A DNA stretch of 63,960 nt, filler included, from an uncultured bacterium (GCA_964471275.1; 5 parts of 5 records of this genome joined end to end with filler, not necessarily neighbours in it), one strand, 5' to 3'. Positions 1-10,415 are shown, counted from the whole stretch's first letter. The notes: generated by a model not told the origin, from the letters alone. Translations and numbers: made by a program.

Positions 1-13
1 AGCAGGAAACGGG

Positions 14-481
14 TTGAACTTTCTCGAGCGCACGGTCGCCACCGGATTTTACTCGGGGTATGCACACTTCGCTCCCGGGACGTGCGGTACGGCAGTCGCA
101 CTTCTTGTATACATCTTTCTTCCGGACCTTTCGGGTTTTGGATGGACGGCTCTGCTGGCGGTAACGTTTTTCGTGGGTGTCCACACGTCCTACAAAGGAG
201 AGGCCGAGTGGGGCCCCGATCCTGGCCCCGTCGTTATCGATGAAGTCGTCGGTTTCTTCGTTTCTACCGCATTCCTTCCTCAATCTCTCCTCTTGGGGGT
301 CGCGGCCTTCTTCGGTTTTCGCATGCTCGATATCCTCAAACCGTCTCCCGCGCGAGAGGCCGAGGCCCTGCCTGGTGGCTGGGGTGTCGTCGTGGACGAT
401 GTCGTGGCCGGGATGTATGTAAACCTGGGGCTGCGCGTGATGCTTTTTGCGTTCGGGGATTCTTTCGAACACCTTCTCTGA
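14..481 (+). CDS. pgpA: Phosphatidylglycerophosphatase A
   Basis: APGTxGT, DPxxVVIDEVVG, FRxxDILKP and GGWGVVxDDVVAG motifs; usual position upstream of thpR-recA. Confidence 0.92.
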   Translation: MNFLERTVATGFYSGYAHFAPGTCGTAVALLVYIFLPDLSGFGWTALLAVTFFVGVHTSYKGEAEWGPDPGPVVIDEVVGFFVSTAFLPQSLLLGVAAFFGFRMLDILKPSPAREAEALPGGWGVVVDDVVAGMYVNLGLRVMLFAFGDSFEHLL

Positions 482-1106
482 TGGCCATCGTCCGGAGCTT
501 TTTTGCACTGGACCTCCCCCAGGCGTCAGGCAATCTCTGACAGATGTGAGCAAACGTTTGTCCACTCACCTGGATTCCGTGAGGTGGGTGAGGTCTGATC
601 GTATCCATCTGACGCCCAAGTTTCTGGGAGACGTGGAAGAAGAGCGCCTCGCGAGCGTGTCGGATGCGATCGATCAGGTGACCGGTGGTCTCGCGCCGCT
701 GCCGTTTGCGTTTGGCGCAGTGGGTGCGTTTCCCCGTCTCGCGAGAGCGCGTGTGGTCTGGGTCGGTTTGTCCGGCGCTCTTTCCCGATTGAACAAGTTA
801 TAGCAGAATCTCGATGCTGCGCTTTCGGATGCGGGTTTTGAGCGTGAGAGAAGGCCCTTTAGGCCCCACCTGACGCTGGGACGCAGCAGGGCGGACATAT
901 CACTGCCGGATCTCGATGGTCTGGTTCCCGCGCTGACCTTCCAGTCAGATACGATGAGCCTGATTCGGAGCGACCTCAGCCCCGGCGGGGCCCGCTATAC
1001 GATGCTCCACACAGTCGAGCTCGGTTGGATTTCCGGGGTCCCGGCCTTGACAGGTATACACATGTGCACTATATTCGCGTCTGTCACCCACATCCGGTGT
1101 AGATAG
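481..1106 (+). pseudogene. thpR: RNA 2',3'-cyclic phosphodiesterase (2H family), disrupted
   Basis: ATG at 481 overlaps the pgpA stop and gives MAIVRSFFALDLP; frameshift in the C-run at 516-520; HLTPKFLG first 2H motif; in-frame TAG 801-803; then RPFRPHLTLGR second motif and SDLSPGGARY. 3' end uncertain. Confidence 0.85.
1047..1075 (+). promoter_or_regulatory. sigma70 promoter of recA with a candidate operator in the spacer
   Basis: TTGACA (1047-1052), 17 nt, TATATT (1070-1075); spacer contains GTATAC-ACAT-GTGCAC. Confidence 0.8.
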
Positions 1107-1166
1107 AAACACAAGGGCTACGCCGGCTATCTAGAGGGCCAGTTACCGAGAGGGAGACTCACTAGA

Positions 1167-2294
1167 ATGGTCAAGCGAGTGGAAAACAACAGGCAGAAAT
1201 CAGTTGACTCTGCGATTTCGCAGATTGAAAAGCAGTTCGGTAAGGGTTCGATCATGCGGATGGCCGGAGAGGATGGGAATACCGTCCCCGTCGAGGTCAT
1301 TCCAACAGGTGCACTTGCGCTCGATGTCGCTCTGGGAGCAGGCGGTCTGCCCAAGGGGAGAGTTGTCGAGATATATGGCAACGAAGGGTCCGGGAAGACC
1401 ACTTTGACACTCCACGTGATCGCTGAGGCGCTCAAGCGGGGTGGTGTAGCCGCGTTTGTGGATGCCGAGCACGCGCTCAATCCGGAACTCGCGGAGAGAA
1501 TCGGCGTCGATCTCGAGAATCTGCTGATTTCGCAGCCTGACAACGGCGAGGAGGCGCTCGAGATTACGGACACGCTCGTTCGCAGTGGGGCTTTCGATGT
1601 CATCGTCGTGGATTCCGTCGCCGCGCTTGTCCCGAGGGCAGAGCTTGAGGGCGAGATGGGTGATACGCACGTCGGGCTCCAGGCAAGGCTGATGTCTCAG
1701 GCGCTCCGGAAGCTGACGGGGTCGATCAGCAAGTCGAACACGTGCGTCATCTTTGTAAACCAAATCCGCATGAAGATCGGTGTGATGTTCGGGAACCCGG
1801 AAACTACATCGGGCGGGAATGCACTCAAGTTCTATTCCTCCGTCCGAATGGAGATTCGCAGAATCGGTGCGATCAAGGATGGGCAGAACGTGATCGGGAA
1901 CCGGACAAAAGTTCGCGTCGTAAAGAACAAGGTCGCCGCACCTTTCAAGGAAGCGGAGATGGATCTGATGTTCGGTGAAGGCTTCTCGCGGGAAGGCGGG
2001 GTGCTGGACCTTGCGGAGATCCAGGGAATCGTCCAGAAGAGCGGGACCTGGTTCTCACACGGTGAGACCCGTCTCGGACAGGGGCGCGAGAACGTGAAGC
2101 GGTATTTCCGCGAGAATCCTAAGACTGCTCGTCAGATCGAAGACGAGATCAGGATGGCTGTGGGGCTCCCGACGCTCGCGGAGTCCGGTCTGGAGGAGGT
2201 CGTCGACACGGCAGACACCGATGCCGCGGCAGAGGCCGAGCCCGGGACGGCAGAGAAGAACGCTGCCGAGGTTGCTGAAGGGGTAGCCGTCTAG
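1167..2294 (+). CDS. recA: Recombinase A
   Basis: [18 protein letters not shown] Walker [21 protein letters not shown]; acidic C-terminal tail. Confidence 0.99.
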   Translation: MVKRVENNRQKSVDSAISQIEKQFGKGSIMRMAGEDGNTVPVEVIPTGALALDVALGAGGLPKGRVVEIYGNEGSGKTTLTLHVIAEALKRGGVAAFVDAEHALNPELAERIGVDLENLLISQPDNGEEALEITDTLVRSGAFDVIVVDSVAALVPRAELEGEMGDTHVGLQARLMSQALRKLTGSISKSNTCVIFVNQIRMKIGVMFGNPETTSGGNALKFYSSVRMEIRRIGAIKDGQNVIGNRTKVRVVKNKVAAPFKEAEMDLMFGEGFSREGGVLDLAEIQGIVQKSGTWFSHGETRLGQGRENVKRYFRENPKTARQIEDEIRMAVGLPTLAESGLEEVVDTADTDAAAEAEPGTAEKNAAEVAEGVAV

Positions 2295-2300
2295 GGCTCC

Positions 2301-2822
2301 GTGGACAGTGATCTCTTTGAGCTGGGCCCTGAAGTCGACAAGGCGAAGAAGGCAGCCTTCAGTCTCCTCGGGCGACGTGCCTACACGCGTAAGGAGATGC
2401 GGGACAAGCTGTACAAGCGGGGTTTTGAGAGGAGCGTGGTCGATCAGACTCTGACCACGCTTGAACGAATCCGCGTGATCGACGATCGTGATTTTGCGAC
2501 GCGATTCGTGGAAGAAAAACTTAGGCTCAGGCCCGCGGGAGAACCGGTCTTGAGGCGGGATCTGGGCCGTCACGGTGTTGAGGCGCCTGTCATCGAGGAG
2601 GTTCTTGCCGAAATTCTAGGCGAGGTCGACCTCGAGGCAGTCGCCTTTCGTCTTTTGTGTACGCGCCGTTCTCGTTATCTTCAACTCGATCGTAACAAGG
2701 CGATGAGCCGCATGTACGCCTTCCTGGCACGGCGCGGTTTTTCGCCCGATGTCGCACGCGCGGTTACGGCAAGAGCGTGGGACTGTATCGAACGTGGCAT
2801 TGACGATTGGGAAGAGGAGTAA
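2301..2822 (+). CDS. recX: Regulatory protein RecX
   Basis: Directly after recA; LLGRR..T.KE, IDDRDFA, FLARRGF. Confidence 0.9.
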   Translation: MDSDLFELGPEVDKAKKAAFSLLGRRAYTRKEMRDKLYKRGFERSVVDQTLTTLERIRVIDDRDFATRFVEEKLRLRPAGEPVLRRDLGRHGVEAPVIEEVLAEILGEVDLEAVAFRLLCTRRSRYLQLDRNKAMSRMYAFLARRGFSPDVARAVTARAWDCIERGIDDWEEE

Positions 2823-2856
2823 AGCCGCCTCGCCGGTCGATTGGCGAGGTTGAACT

Positions 2857-5511
2857 ATGTCTATGGAATCATCTACCACACAGCAGCCCTTCAGAGCCGC
2901 GGAGCAAGTTCGCCGCGATTTCCTCGAGTTCTTCAAGAGCAAAAGCCACACGATCCTTTCAAGCGCACCGGTCGTGCCGCAGGACGATCCGTCCCTGCTG
3001 TTCACGAATGCGGGGATGAATCAGTTCAAGGATGTATTCCTCGGGACGGGGCGCCGCGACTACACCCGCGCGGCCGATACGCAGAAGTGTATTCGTGTAT
3101 CCGGAAAGCACAATGATCTTGAGGAGGTCGGCCATAGCCCGGGGCATCACACGTTTTTCGAGATGCTGGGGAACTGGTCTTTTGGTGACTACTTCAAGCG
3201 AGAGGCAATCGCGTGGGCGTGGGAACTGCTCACCGAGGAGTGGAAACTAGATAAGGAGCGTCTCTGGGGAACGGTTTTCGGGGGGGATCCGGACGACGAT
3301 TTGGAGGCCGACAAGGAAGCTGAAGACCTCTGGTATGAGGTTACGGACATTGCACCGGGACGTGTCCTGCATCTCGGAAAGAAGGACAATTTTTGGGAGA
3401 TGGGAGAATCCGGTCCCTGCGGTCCCTGTTCGGAAATCCACTACTACACCGGTGATGATCCCGCAAGCCAACCGGCAGAGCCCGATCTTGACGGACCTGA
3501 CTACCTCGAGATCTGGAATCTGGTGTTCATCCAGTACAACCGGGATGAATCGTGCACGCTCAAGAACCTTCCCGATATGCACGTGGACACCGGGATGGGG
3601 TTCGAGCGTATCTGCAGTATTCTGCAGGGCGTGAGATCAAACTATGAGACGGATCTGTTTCTTCCGATTGTGGCAGCCGTCAGCGAGATCAGTCGTCAGC
3701 CCTACAATGCCGAAAACAAGGTAGCGATCCAGGTCATCTGTGATCATATCCGGTCTCTCGCCTTCAGCATTGCAGATGGCGCCTTGCCGTCGAACGAGGG
3801 GCGCGGCTATGTCCTCCGGCGCATCTTGCGGCGCGCTGCCCGGTATGGTCGAACCTTGGGTATGCACGATCCGTTTATACACGAGTTGGTTGCGGCTGTC
3901 GTAGAGGTGATGGGTAAGTCCTTTCCGGAGATCGCGCAGAAACAGGATCACATTGAGCGCGTCATTCGTGCCGAGGAAGAAGGATTCAACAAGACGCTTG
4001 ATCGCGGCCTAGAAATCTTCGAATCCGTCTCTGCCTCTGGCAGCATTTCCGGTGATGAGGCCTTCCGGCTCTACGATACCTACGGGTTCCCGATCGACCT
4101 GACCGAGCTGATGGTAGCAGAGAAGGGAATTTCGGTCGATACGGCCGGATTTGAACACGCGATGGAAGCCCAGAAGGCAAGATCGCGTGAGGCGACCCGG
4201 AAGGCGGGAGGGGGGCAGCAGGCACTGGCCGAAGGATTCCTGCCGGACAAGCATTCCGAATTTGTCGGTTACGATGCACTTCGGCTGGATTCGAAGGTGG
4301 TGGCGGTTCAGGAAGGTGACGATGGGAAGCAGTCCGTCTTTCTGGAGGCTACGCCTTTCTACGCAGAATCGGGTGGTCAGATCGGTGACAGCGGAAGGAT
4401 CCAGACAGACAGCCTGATTTTCTGCGTGGAGAACACCTACAAGAACGGTGAGTCGATCGTCCACCAGGGGAAGCTTGAGTCAGGAAGTCTCACAGATCTG
4501 GATGGCGCTACTGTTGTCGCGTCGGTTGATGAGCGTCAGCGACTGGACACGGCCCGGAATCATACACTGACGCATCTCGTGCACACTGCGCTGCGTGAGG
4601 AACTCGGCCAGCACGTCCACCAGGCAGGATCATACGTAGGTCCTGACCGGATGCGGTTCGACTTTACGCACGTCGAACCCGTTTCATCTGAGGCGCTCGG
4701 TCGGATCGAGACACGGGTAAACGATGTCATCCGCGAGAATCTCGTCGTCGAGGTTGCCTACGCAAGCCTGGATCGAGCGAAGGATATGGGCGCAATGATG
4801 CTCTTCTCCGAGAAATACGGAGAGACGGTGCGCACCGTTAGGATTGGCGAGTTCAGTCTCGAACTCTGTGGCGGGACACACCTCGAAGCGACCGGTCAGG
4901 CTGGCCTGATGCGCTTTACAGGCGAGACAGGTACGGCGGCCGGGGTCAGACGTATCGAGGCGGTTTGCGGGCGCGGTGCCGAACAGTTATTTCGCTCGGA
5001 ATCTGCTCTGATCGCCTCGCTGGCGGATCTGGTCGCGGTCGAACCCGAGCGGCTGTCAGGCCGTATCGAGCAGCTTCTGGAACGGAACAAAGAGCTCGAG
5101 AAGGAGCTGTCCAGCGCGCGACAGGAGTCCGCCGGGTCGACAATCGATGACCTGATTTCGGACGCAACGAGCGTTGGAGATATCCGGATAGTGACCGGTG
5201 CCGTCGATGTCGGCGATATGGATACGTTCCGCAGCACGGCGGACAAGCTTCGCGATGATCTGAAACAGCTGGGCGTAGGCGTGATTGGCGCCTCGTTGAG
5301 CGGAAAAGCGTCACTGATAGCAGTGGTGACAGACGATCTGATCTCCCGGGGCGTTCATGCGGGAAATATCGTTCGTAATGTGGCCAGGTTCGTCGATGGC
5401 GGCGGGGGAGGGAAACCGCATCTGGCTCAAGCCGGCGGCAAGGATCCTGAGAAGATACCGGAAGCGCTGTCTCACGTTTCGGATATCGTACAAGGCATGG
5501 TGGAGGGGTAG
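2857..5511 (+). CDS. alaS: Alanine--tRNA ligase
   Basis: DPSLLFTNAGMNQFK, HHTFFEMLGNWSFGDYFK, HTLTH and ELCGGTH editing motifs, GGGGKP..AQAGG. Confidence 0.99.
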   Translation: MSMESSTTQQPFRAAEQVRRDFLEFFKSKSHTILSSAPVVPQDDPSLLFTNAGMNQFKDVFLGTGRRDYTRAADTQKCIRVSGKHNDLEEVGHSPGHHTFFEMLGNWSFGDYFKREAIAWAWELLTEEWKLDKERLWGTVFGGDPDDDLEADKEAEDLWYEVTDIAPGRVLHLGKKDNFWEMGESGPCGPCSEIHYYTGDDPASQPAEPDLDGPDYLEIWNLVFIQYNRDESCTLKNLPDMHVDTGMGFERICSILQGVRSNYETDLFLPIVAAVSEISRQPYNAENKVAIQVICDHIRSLAFSIADGALPSNEGRGYVLRRILRRAARYGRTLGMHDPFIHELVAAVVEVMGKSFPEIAQKQDHIERVIRAEEEGFNKTLDRGLEIFESVSASGSISGDEAFRLYDTYGFPIDLTELMVAEKGISVDTAGFEHAMEAQKARSREATRKAGGGQQALAEGFLPDKHSEFVGYDALRLDSKVVAVQEGDDGKQSVFLEATPFYAESGGQIGDSGRIQTDSLIFCVENTYKNGESIVHQGKLESGSLTDLDGATVVASVDERQRLDTARNHTLTHLVHTALREELGQHVHQAGSYVGPDRMRFDFTHVEPVSSEALGRIETRVNDVIRENLVVEVAYASLDRAKDMGAMMLFSEKYGETVRTVRIGEFSLELCGGTHLEATGQAGLMRFTGETGTAAGVRRIEAVCGRGAEQLFRSESALIASLADLVAVEPERLSGRIEQLLERNKELEKELSSARQESAGSTIDDLISDATSVGDIRIVTGAVDVGDMDTFRSTADKLRDDLKQLGVGVIGASLSGKASLIAVVTDDLISRGVHAGNIVRNVARFVDGGGGGKPHLAQAGGKDPEKIPEALSHVSDIVQGMVEG

Positions 5512-5514
5512 GGC

Positions 5515-6264
5515 ATGACGACGTTCGATCGGCTGACAGCTTCTCGAGATCGACATGGAGCCGGTTTCTGGGTCCTGCTTGACCCGGATCGTCTGGACAA
5601 GGCAGATCTTGCGCGGACGACAGCGGCGTGTGTCGAGAATGGCGCCGATGCCCTGTTGTTCGGTGGAAGCTTCCTGATCTCGACGAACTTCGAACTGATG
5701 ATTCGTGAGGTCAAGCGAGTCGCTCCGGAGATCCCTCTGGTCATTTTTCCGGGGGATACGAACCAGATCTCAGCTGCGGCGGACGCCATCCTGTTTCTGT
5801 CTATGATCAGCGGCCGGAACCCCGAGCTGTTGATCGGACAACATACGAAAGCGGCACCGACGATCAAGGCGATGGGGTTGGAGCCGATTGCGACCGGCTA
5901 TGTGCTTGTAGAATCGGGAACACAGACGACCGTTGAGTATGTCAGCAACACCAAGCCACTTCCCCGGACGAAGCCGGATATTGCGATGGCTCACGCCCTG
6001 GCAGCCGAGTATCTCGGGATGTCCTGTGTCTACCTCGACGCAGGAAGCGGAGCGGACGCGATGGTTCCGGTTGAGATGGTTAAAGCTGTCTCGGACTACG
6101 TATCGATTCCTGTCATTGCGGGTGGGGGGATTCGGCAACCCGAGGATGCGGCGCAGCGTGCAGAGGCCGGGGCCTCTTTCCTTGTCGTCGGAAGCGTCCT
6201 CGAACAGGGCGTCGACGCCGGATTGATTCGGGCATTCTCAGACGCCATTCACACCCGGTCCTGA
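5515..6264 (+). CDS. Geranylgeranylglyceryl/heptaprenylglyceryl phosphate synthase (group II GGGPS)
   Basis: LLDPD, FGGS, IFPG, FLSMISGRNP, YLDAGSG and GGGIR motifs. Confidence 0.9.
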   Translation: MTTFDRLTASRDRHGAGFWVLLDPDRLDKADLARTTAACVENGADALLFGGSFLISTNFELMIREVKRVAPEIPLVIFPGDTNQISAAADAILFLSMISGRNPELLIGQHTKAAPTIKAMGLEPIATGYVLVESGTQTTVEYVSNTKPLPRTKPDIAMAHALAAEYLGMSCVYLDAGSGADAMVPVEMVKAVSDYVSIPVIAGGGIRQPEDAAQRAEAGASFLVVGSVLEQGVDAGLIRAFSDAIHTRS

Positions 6265-6290
6265 GACCCATACCAAGCGATTCTTTTTGA

Positions 6291-6322
6291 CCGCCCGGCT
6301 TGGCCCGAGGGGGTTTTTTTTT
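6291..6322 (+). terminator. Possible intrinsic terminator
   Basis: Imperfect GC stem followed by nine T after the GGGPS gene. Confidence 0.4.
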
Positions 6323-6331
6323 GGAGAGCAC

Positions 6332-7198
6332 GTGGGACGCGTTCTTTGCTACGGCGTGGTTGGAGTCGATCATCTGCTACAGGTCGGGGCGTATCCCGAG
6401 GCGAACGGGCACGCCCGTGTGCGCTGTGAGGAGGTTGTCGTAGGCGGCGAGGCAGCGAACACCGCGGTCCGTCTGCAACAACTCGGTGTGCCGGCGACTC
6501 TGATGGGCAATGCAATCGGATCAGATCCTGAAGGCGACCTGTTCTGCGAGACGATTGCGCGCTCCGGTGTCGACAGTCGTATCCAGATACAAGATGGACG
6601 TAGCGGTCACGCATACGTGGTCAGTGATTCCGATGGACACCGGACGATCTTTGGGGCATTCGGGTCACTGACCGGGCCAGCCGTCTCCGAGAGTCTTTGG
6701 TCCGAACTGGATCTGGTCACGGTTGATCCCTTTGTCGAGGGGGCGATTTCGGTGGCGGAGACCGCTCGGCGTAAGCGTATTCCCGTGGTCTCGATCGAGA
6801 TCGAGCCGGGGGATCCGCTTGCCTCACTGTCGGATACGGTGATCAATTCAGCCGGGTTTCTGCGGCGACACGATGCAGGAGGCCCTGCCGAAATTGCGCG
6901 TGCCCTGATCGATCAGGGCATCGAGACCGTTATCGTAACACGCGGATCTGATGGTGCGGACGCTTACGGCGTGGGCGGTCCCTGGCACCAGCCTGTCTAC
7001 CCTGTACCGGCTGTTGATACCACCGGTGCCGGTGATGGGTTCCGGGCAGGATACATCGCGGGTAGTCTCACCGGATTCGATCTTGCTGGCCGTGTGCGTC
7101 TGGCAACCGCAGTTGCCGCTCTGAGCGTATGTCACGTCGGCGGATGTGGCGGAAATGTGGGTCGGGAGGAGGCTCTGGAACTGGCCGGTCTCGCTTGA
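6332..7198 (+). CDS. PfkB/ribokinase family carbohydrate kinase
   Basis: GGEAANTA and DTTGAGDGF signatures; GTG 6332 after GGAGAG chosen as start. Confidence 0.88.
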   Translation: MGRVLCYGVVGVDHLLQVGAYPEANGHARVRCEEVVVGGEAANTAVRLQQLGVPATLMGNAIGSDPEGDLFCETIARSGVDSRIQIQDGRSGHAYVVSDSDGHRTIFGAFGSLTGPAVSESLWSELDLVTVDPFVEGAISVAETARRKRIPVVSIEIEPGDPLASLSDTVINSAGFLRRHDAGGPAEIARALIDQGIETVIVTRGSDGADAYGVGGPWHQPVYPVPAVDTTGAGDGFRAGYIAGSLTGFDLAGRVRLATAVAALSVCHVGGCGGNVGREEALELAGLA

Positions 7199-7223
7199 CA
7201 CCTTTTGGGTCCGCCTGTAAATT
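7195..7223 (+). promoter_or_regulatory. sigma70 promoter upstream of ptsH
   Basis: TTGACA (7195-7200), 17 nt, TAAATT (7218-7223). Confidence 0.7.
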
Positions 7224-7301
7224 AAAAAACTTTGAATTTTGCGCCTAAGCGTCGGTTACACAGCACCTTCCATCGTTTCCAACAAGAGAAATTACACCCA
7301 T

Positions 7302-7574
7302 TTGGTTGAGCTCCGGGCAACAGTAAAGAACAAGTTGGGCATCCACGCGAGGCCGGCCGCCTACCTGGTCAAAGCATCTTCGAAGTTCGAAGCGGAGATC
7401 ACCTTCGAGAAGGACGGTCTTGAAGTGAACGGCAAGAGCATCATGGGCGTCATGATGCTTGCCGCCGAAACGGGTGCCGAGATTATCGTTAGGGCAAAAG
7501 GAAGCGACGAATCGGATGCGGCTGAGGCATTGGCAGACATGATCAAGAACGAACTGGATGTCGAGGGCACGTGA
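7302..7574 (+). CDS. ptsH: Phosphocarrier protein HPr
   Basis: GIHARPA (His15) and NGKSIMGVMML (Ser46) motifs; start probably TTG 7302. Confidence 0.93.
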   Translation: MVELRATVKNKLGIHARPAAYLVKASSKFEAEITFEKDGLEVNGKSIMGVMMLAAETGAEIIVRAKGSDESDAAEALADMIKNELDVEGT

Positions 7575-9355
7575 GTAAGGCGAACGGCGAACATGTCAGT
7601 CTTGACCGCGAGATGAAGGAACTCCGCGGAATTTCCGCCTCCCCGGGCATCGCGATTGGACCGATCTACATTCACGATCCGGGCGATTTCTGGATCGACT
7701 ACGGCCAGATCGATGGGGATCGCGTCGAGGCTGAGGTTGCCCGTTTCGAACAGGCCATCTCTGAAGTTTCCGAGGATCTGCGGGGCGTTCGGGCGCAAGT
7801 GGAGGAGAAGCTCGGCAAGGATCACGCCCAGATTTTCGATGCCCACCTCCTGATGGCCGCAGACGACTCCCTCCTGCGTCCTGCAATCGATCGTATTCGC
7901 ACATACCGATATCACGCCGAATACGCCTACCGAGTAACTGTCCGTGATGTCGAGCGTCGGTTTGACGCCATTCAGGACTCCTATTTCCGGTCCCGGAAAT
8001 CCGATATACAGGAAGTCGAAAAGCGCGTTATGGCCAAGTTGTGCCGACGTGACGAGTCGTTCCTGGATCATCTCACGTATGACGCGATCGTCGTCGCTCA
8101 AGACGTCCAGGCTGCGGACATGATCCATATTCGGTCGCGGCACGTTCTTGCGATCGGAACGGAAGTGGGTGGACGGACCTCGCACACTGCGATCATCGCG
8201 AGGGGGCTGGAGATTCCTGCGGTTGTTGGGGTCCACTCCGTTGTAGAGGCTTTTGAGGGTGGAGATACGGCGATTGTTGATGGTTTTCGCGGTCGTATCA
8301 TCATCAATCCTGATGAGGAGACACTCTCTACATACAGGGATGAAGCGACTCGGTTCCGGGAGAGCCGCGAGGATCTGTCTGAGCTTGTCGGTCTGCCGGC
8401 AGAAACACTAGACGGTACGCATGTCTCGATGATGGTGAATCTCGAGATGCCCGCCGAGATCGAGTCGGGGCTTGCCAACGGGGCAGATGGAGTTGGTCTG
8501 TTCAGAACGGAGTATCTCTATCTGGCGGCGGTCGAGCATCCCGAGGAAGACGAACAGTTTGCATCGTATCTGGAGTTGGCGGAGAAGGCGGGATCCCATC
8601 CTGTGGTGATCCGGACGCTGGATCTCGGTGGAGACAAGCTTCCTTACATCGAGCAGGGCAGTCGCGAGATGAATCCCTTCCTGGGCTGGCGTGCCATCCG
8701 CGTGTCCCTCGCGAATCGAGACTACTTCAGAACTCAGCTGAAGGCGATTCTGAGAGCGAGCCACTTCGGCGATGTGCGCATCATGTTCCCGATGATCGCA
8801 CAAATCGAAGAGCTGCGCGAGGCGCTCGAGGTGCTGGAGGACGCCAAGACGGAACTGCGCGATCGGGGTACGCCCTTCGACGAGACTTGTCCGGTGGGCG
8901 TGATGATCGAGGTGCCTGCTGCCGCCGTGATTGCCGACCAGCTGGCGCCGTACGTTGATTTCTTCAGCATCGGCACGAATGATCTGATTCAGTATTCGAT
9001 GGCAGTCGACCGTGGGAACGATAAGGTCGCCTACCTCTTCGATGCTTTTCATCCTGGTGTGCTTCGTCTGATCAAAATGGTCGTCGATGCTGCCCGGACG
9101 CAGGACTTGACGGTAACTGTCTGCGGTGAAATGGCTGGCGACCCTCAGTCAGCCGTACTCTTGCACGGCCTTGGTGTAGACGAGTTGAGCATGGCGACAC
9201 CTTCGCTGCTCGGTGTGAAGAAGGCGATCCGATCGGTTACGACCGAGGAGGCGCAGTCGATCGCACGAGAGGCACTTACGCTGGATACTAAAGACGAAAT
9301 TAAGTCACGACTGGCGAACCTGCTCGATGAGGAGGCCACGCGTGTCGAGTCGTAA
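7571..9355 (+). CDS. ptsI: PEP-protein phosphotransferase (PTS Enzyme I)
   Basis: GGRTSHTAI phospho-His motif, GVGLFRTE, NPFLGWRAIR, SIGTNDLIQY, CGEMAGDP. Confidence 0.96.
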   Translation: MSKANGEHVSLDREMKELRGISASPGIAIGPIYIHDPGDFWIDYGQIDGDRVEAEVARFEQAISEVSEDLRGVRAQVEEKLGKDHAQIFDAHLLMAADDSLLRPAIDRIRTYRYHAEYAYRVTVRDVERRFDAIQDSYFRSRKSDIQEVEKRVMAKLCRRDESFLDHLTYDAIVVAQDVQAADMIHIRSRHVLAIGTEVGGRTSHTAIIARGLEIPAVVGVHSVVEAFEGGDTAIVDGFRGRIIINPDEETLSTYRDEATRFRESREDLSELVGLPAETLDGTHVSMMVNLEMPAEIESGLANGADGVGLFRTEYLYLAAVEHPEEDEQFASYLELAEKAGSHPVVIRTLDLGGDKLPYIEQGSREMNPFLGWRAIRVSLANRDYFRTQLKAILRASHFGDVRIMFPMIAQIEELREALEVLEDAKTELRDRGTPFDETCPVGVMIEVPAAAVIADQLAPYVDFFSIGTNDLIQYSMAVDRGNDKVAYLFDAFHPGVLRLIKMVVDAARTQDLTVTVCGEMAGDPQSAVLLHGLGVDELSMATPSLLGVKKAIRSVTTEEAQSIAREALTLDTKDEIKSRLANLLDEEATRVES

Positions 9356-9370
9356 CCGGGGACTCGAATC

Positions 9371-10369
9371 GTGATATCTCTAACCGAGGGGTGCGCGATC
9401 ATTCCTGCCGCAGGTGTTGGCAGTCGCCTCAAACCTCACACACACACCATTCCCAAACCACTTCTCTCTGTCGGCGGCAAGCCCATCCTGGCGCACATCC
9501 TCGATGAAGTTACCGGATTGGGTATCCGGAAGATCATCCTCGTTGTTGGCTACCGAGGAGATCAGATCGTGGAATTCGCCAGCGAGCGATACCCTAATTG
9601 TGAGGTACACGCGGTTCGGCAAGACAAGCCCGAGGGTATTGGCCAGGCGGTGCATCTTGCCCGATCGCACGCTGAAGGCCGGCCGGCCCTGATTGTGTTT
9701 GGTGACACGGTGTTCGAATGTGATCTGGCCTCCGTTGCCGAACTGGACGTCGACGGTGCAATCGGTGTTCGGCAGGTGGAGGATCCCAGCCGGTTTGGCG
9801 TCGTCCAGTTGGATGGTGACCGGATTATCAATGTTGTGGAGAAACCCGAGCACTACGTGTCGGATCAGGCGATGGTAGGTCTCAACGTGATTCGGGACAG
9901 TCATTGTCTCTTTGCGTGCCTTGAGGAACTCATAGCCAAGAATCAGCGAACTCGGGGTGAATTTCAGCTGACGGACGCGTTCGGTCTGATGGTCGAGAAG
10001 GGAGCACATCTCCACGCGTTTGCGGTTGAGAACTGGTTTGATTGTGGTGTGACCGAATCTCTGCTCGATACGAATCGCCATCTTCTTGGCCGCCTTGGGC
10101 CCGCAAAGGACCGCGATGGTGTAATCCTGATCCCGCCTGTCTACGTAGCGGATTCGGCGAACGTTTCGAATTCGGTTGTCGGCCCGCACGTTTCCGTGGG
10201 TGAGAATGCTCGTATCGCCGATTCAGTGATCAAGGATTCGATCGTCGGGGCCGGTGCCCAGGTCGCAGGTTGCTATCTACACCGATCCATCATCGGTGAC
10301 AGCGCAGTAGTTGAGGCCGGTGCAAGGCAGTTGAACGTGGGAGATTCGTCAGAAGTCAGACTTTACTAG
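9371..10369 (+). CDS. Sugar-phosphate nucleotidyltransferase (long RmlA-like, with C-terminal hexapeptide repeats)
   Basis: IPAAGVGSRL..PKPLL, VEKP, W.DCG; beta-helix-like tail. Confidence 0.85.
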   Translation: MISLTEGCAIIPAAGVGSRLKPHTHTIPKPLLSVGGKPILAHILDEVTGLGIRKIILVVGYRGDQIVEFASERYPNCEVHAVRQDKPEGIGQAVHLARSHAEGRPALIVFGDTVFECDLASVAELDVDGAIGVRQVEDPSRFGVVQLDGDRIINVVEKPEHYVSDQAMVGLNVIRDSHCLFACLEELIAKNQRTRGEFQLTDAFGLMVEKGAHLHAFAVENWFDCGVTESLLDTNRHLLGRLGPAKDRDGVILIPPVYVADSANVSNSVVGPHVSVGENARIADSVIKDSIVGAGAQVAGCYLHRSIIGDSAVVEAGARQLNVGDSSEVRLY

Positions 10370-10415
10370 CGTCGGTCGAGAACCGGCAGTTATCAAAGGA
10401 CAGTGAGGAGACCCA

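Noticed and set aside
1375..1500. RecA variants ([17 protein letters not shown])
   Set aside because: Catalytic residues retained; ordinary divergence
7361..8236. Long antisense ORFs (also 46593-48083, 18902-19699 and others)
   Set aside because: Shadows of well-supported genes in GC-rich DNA
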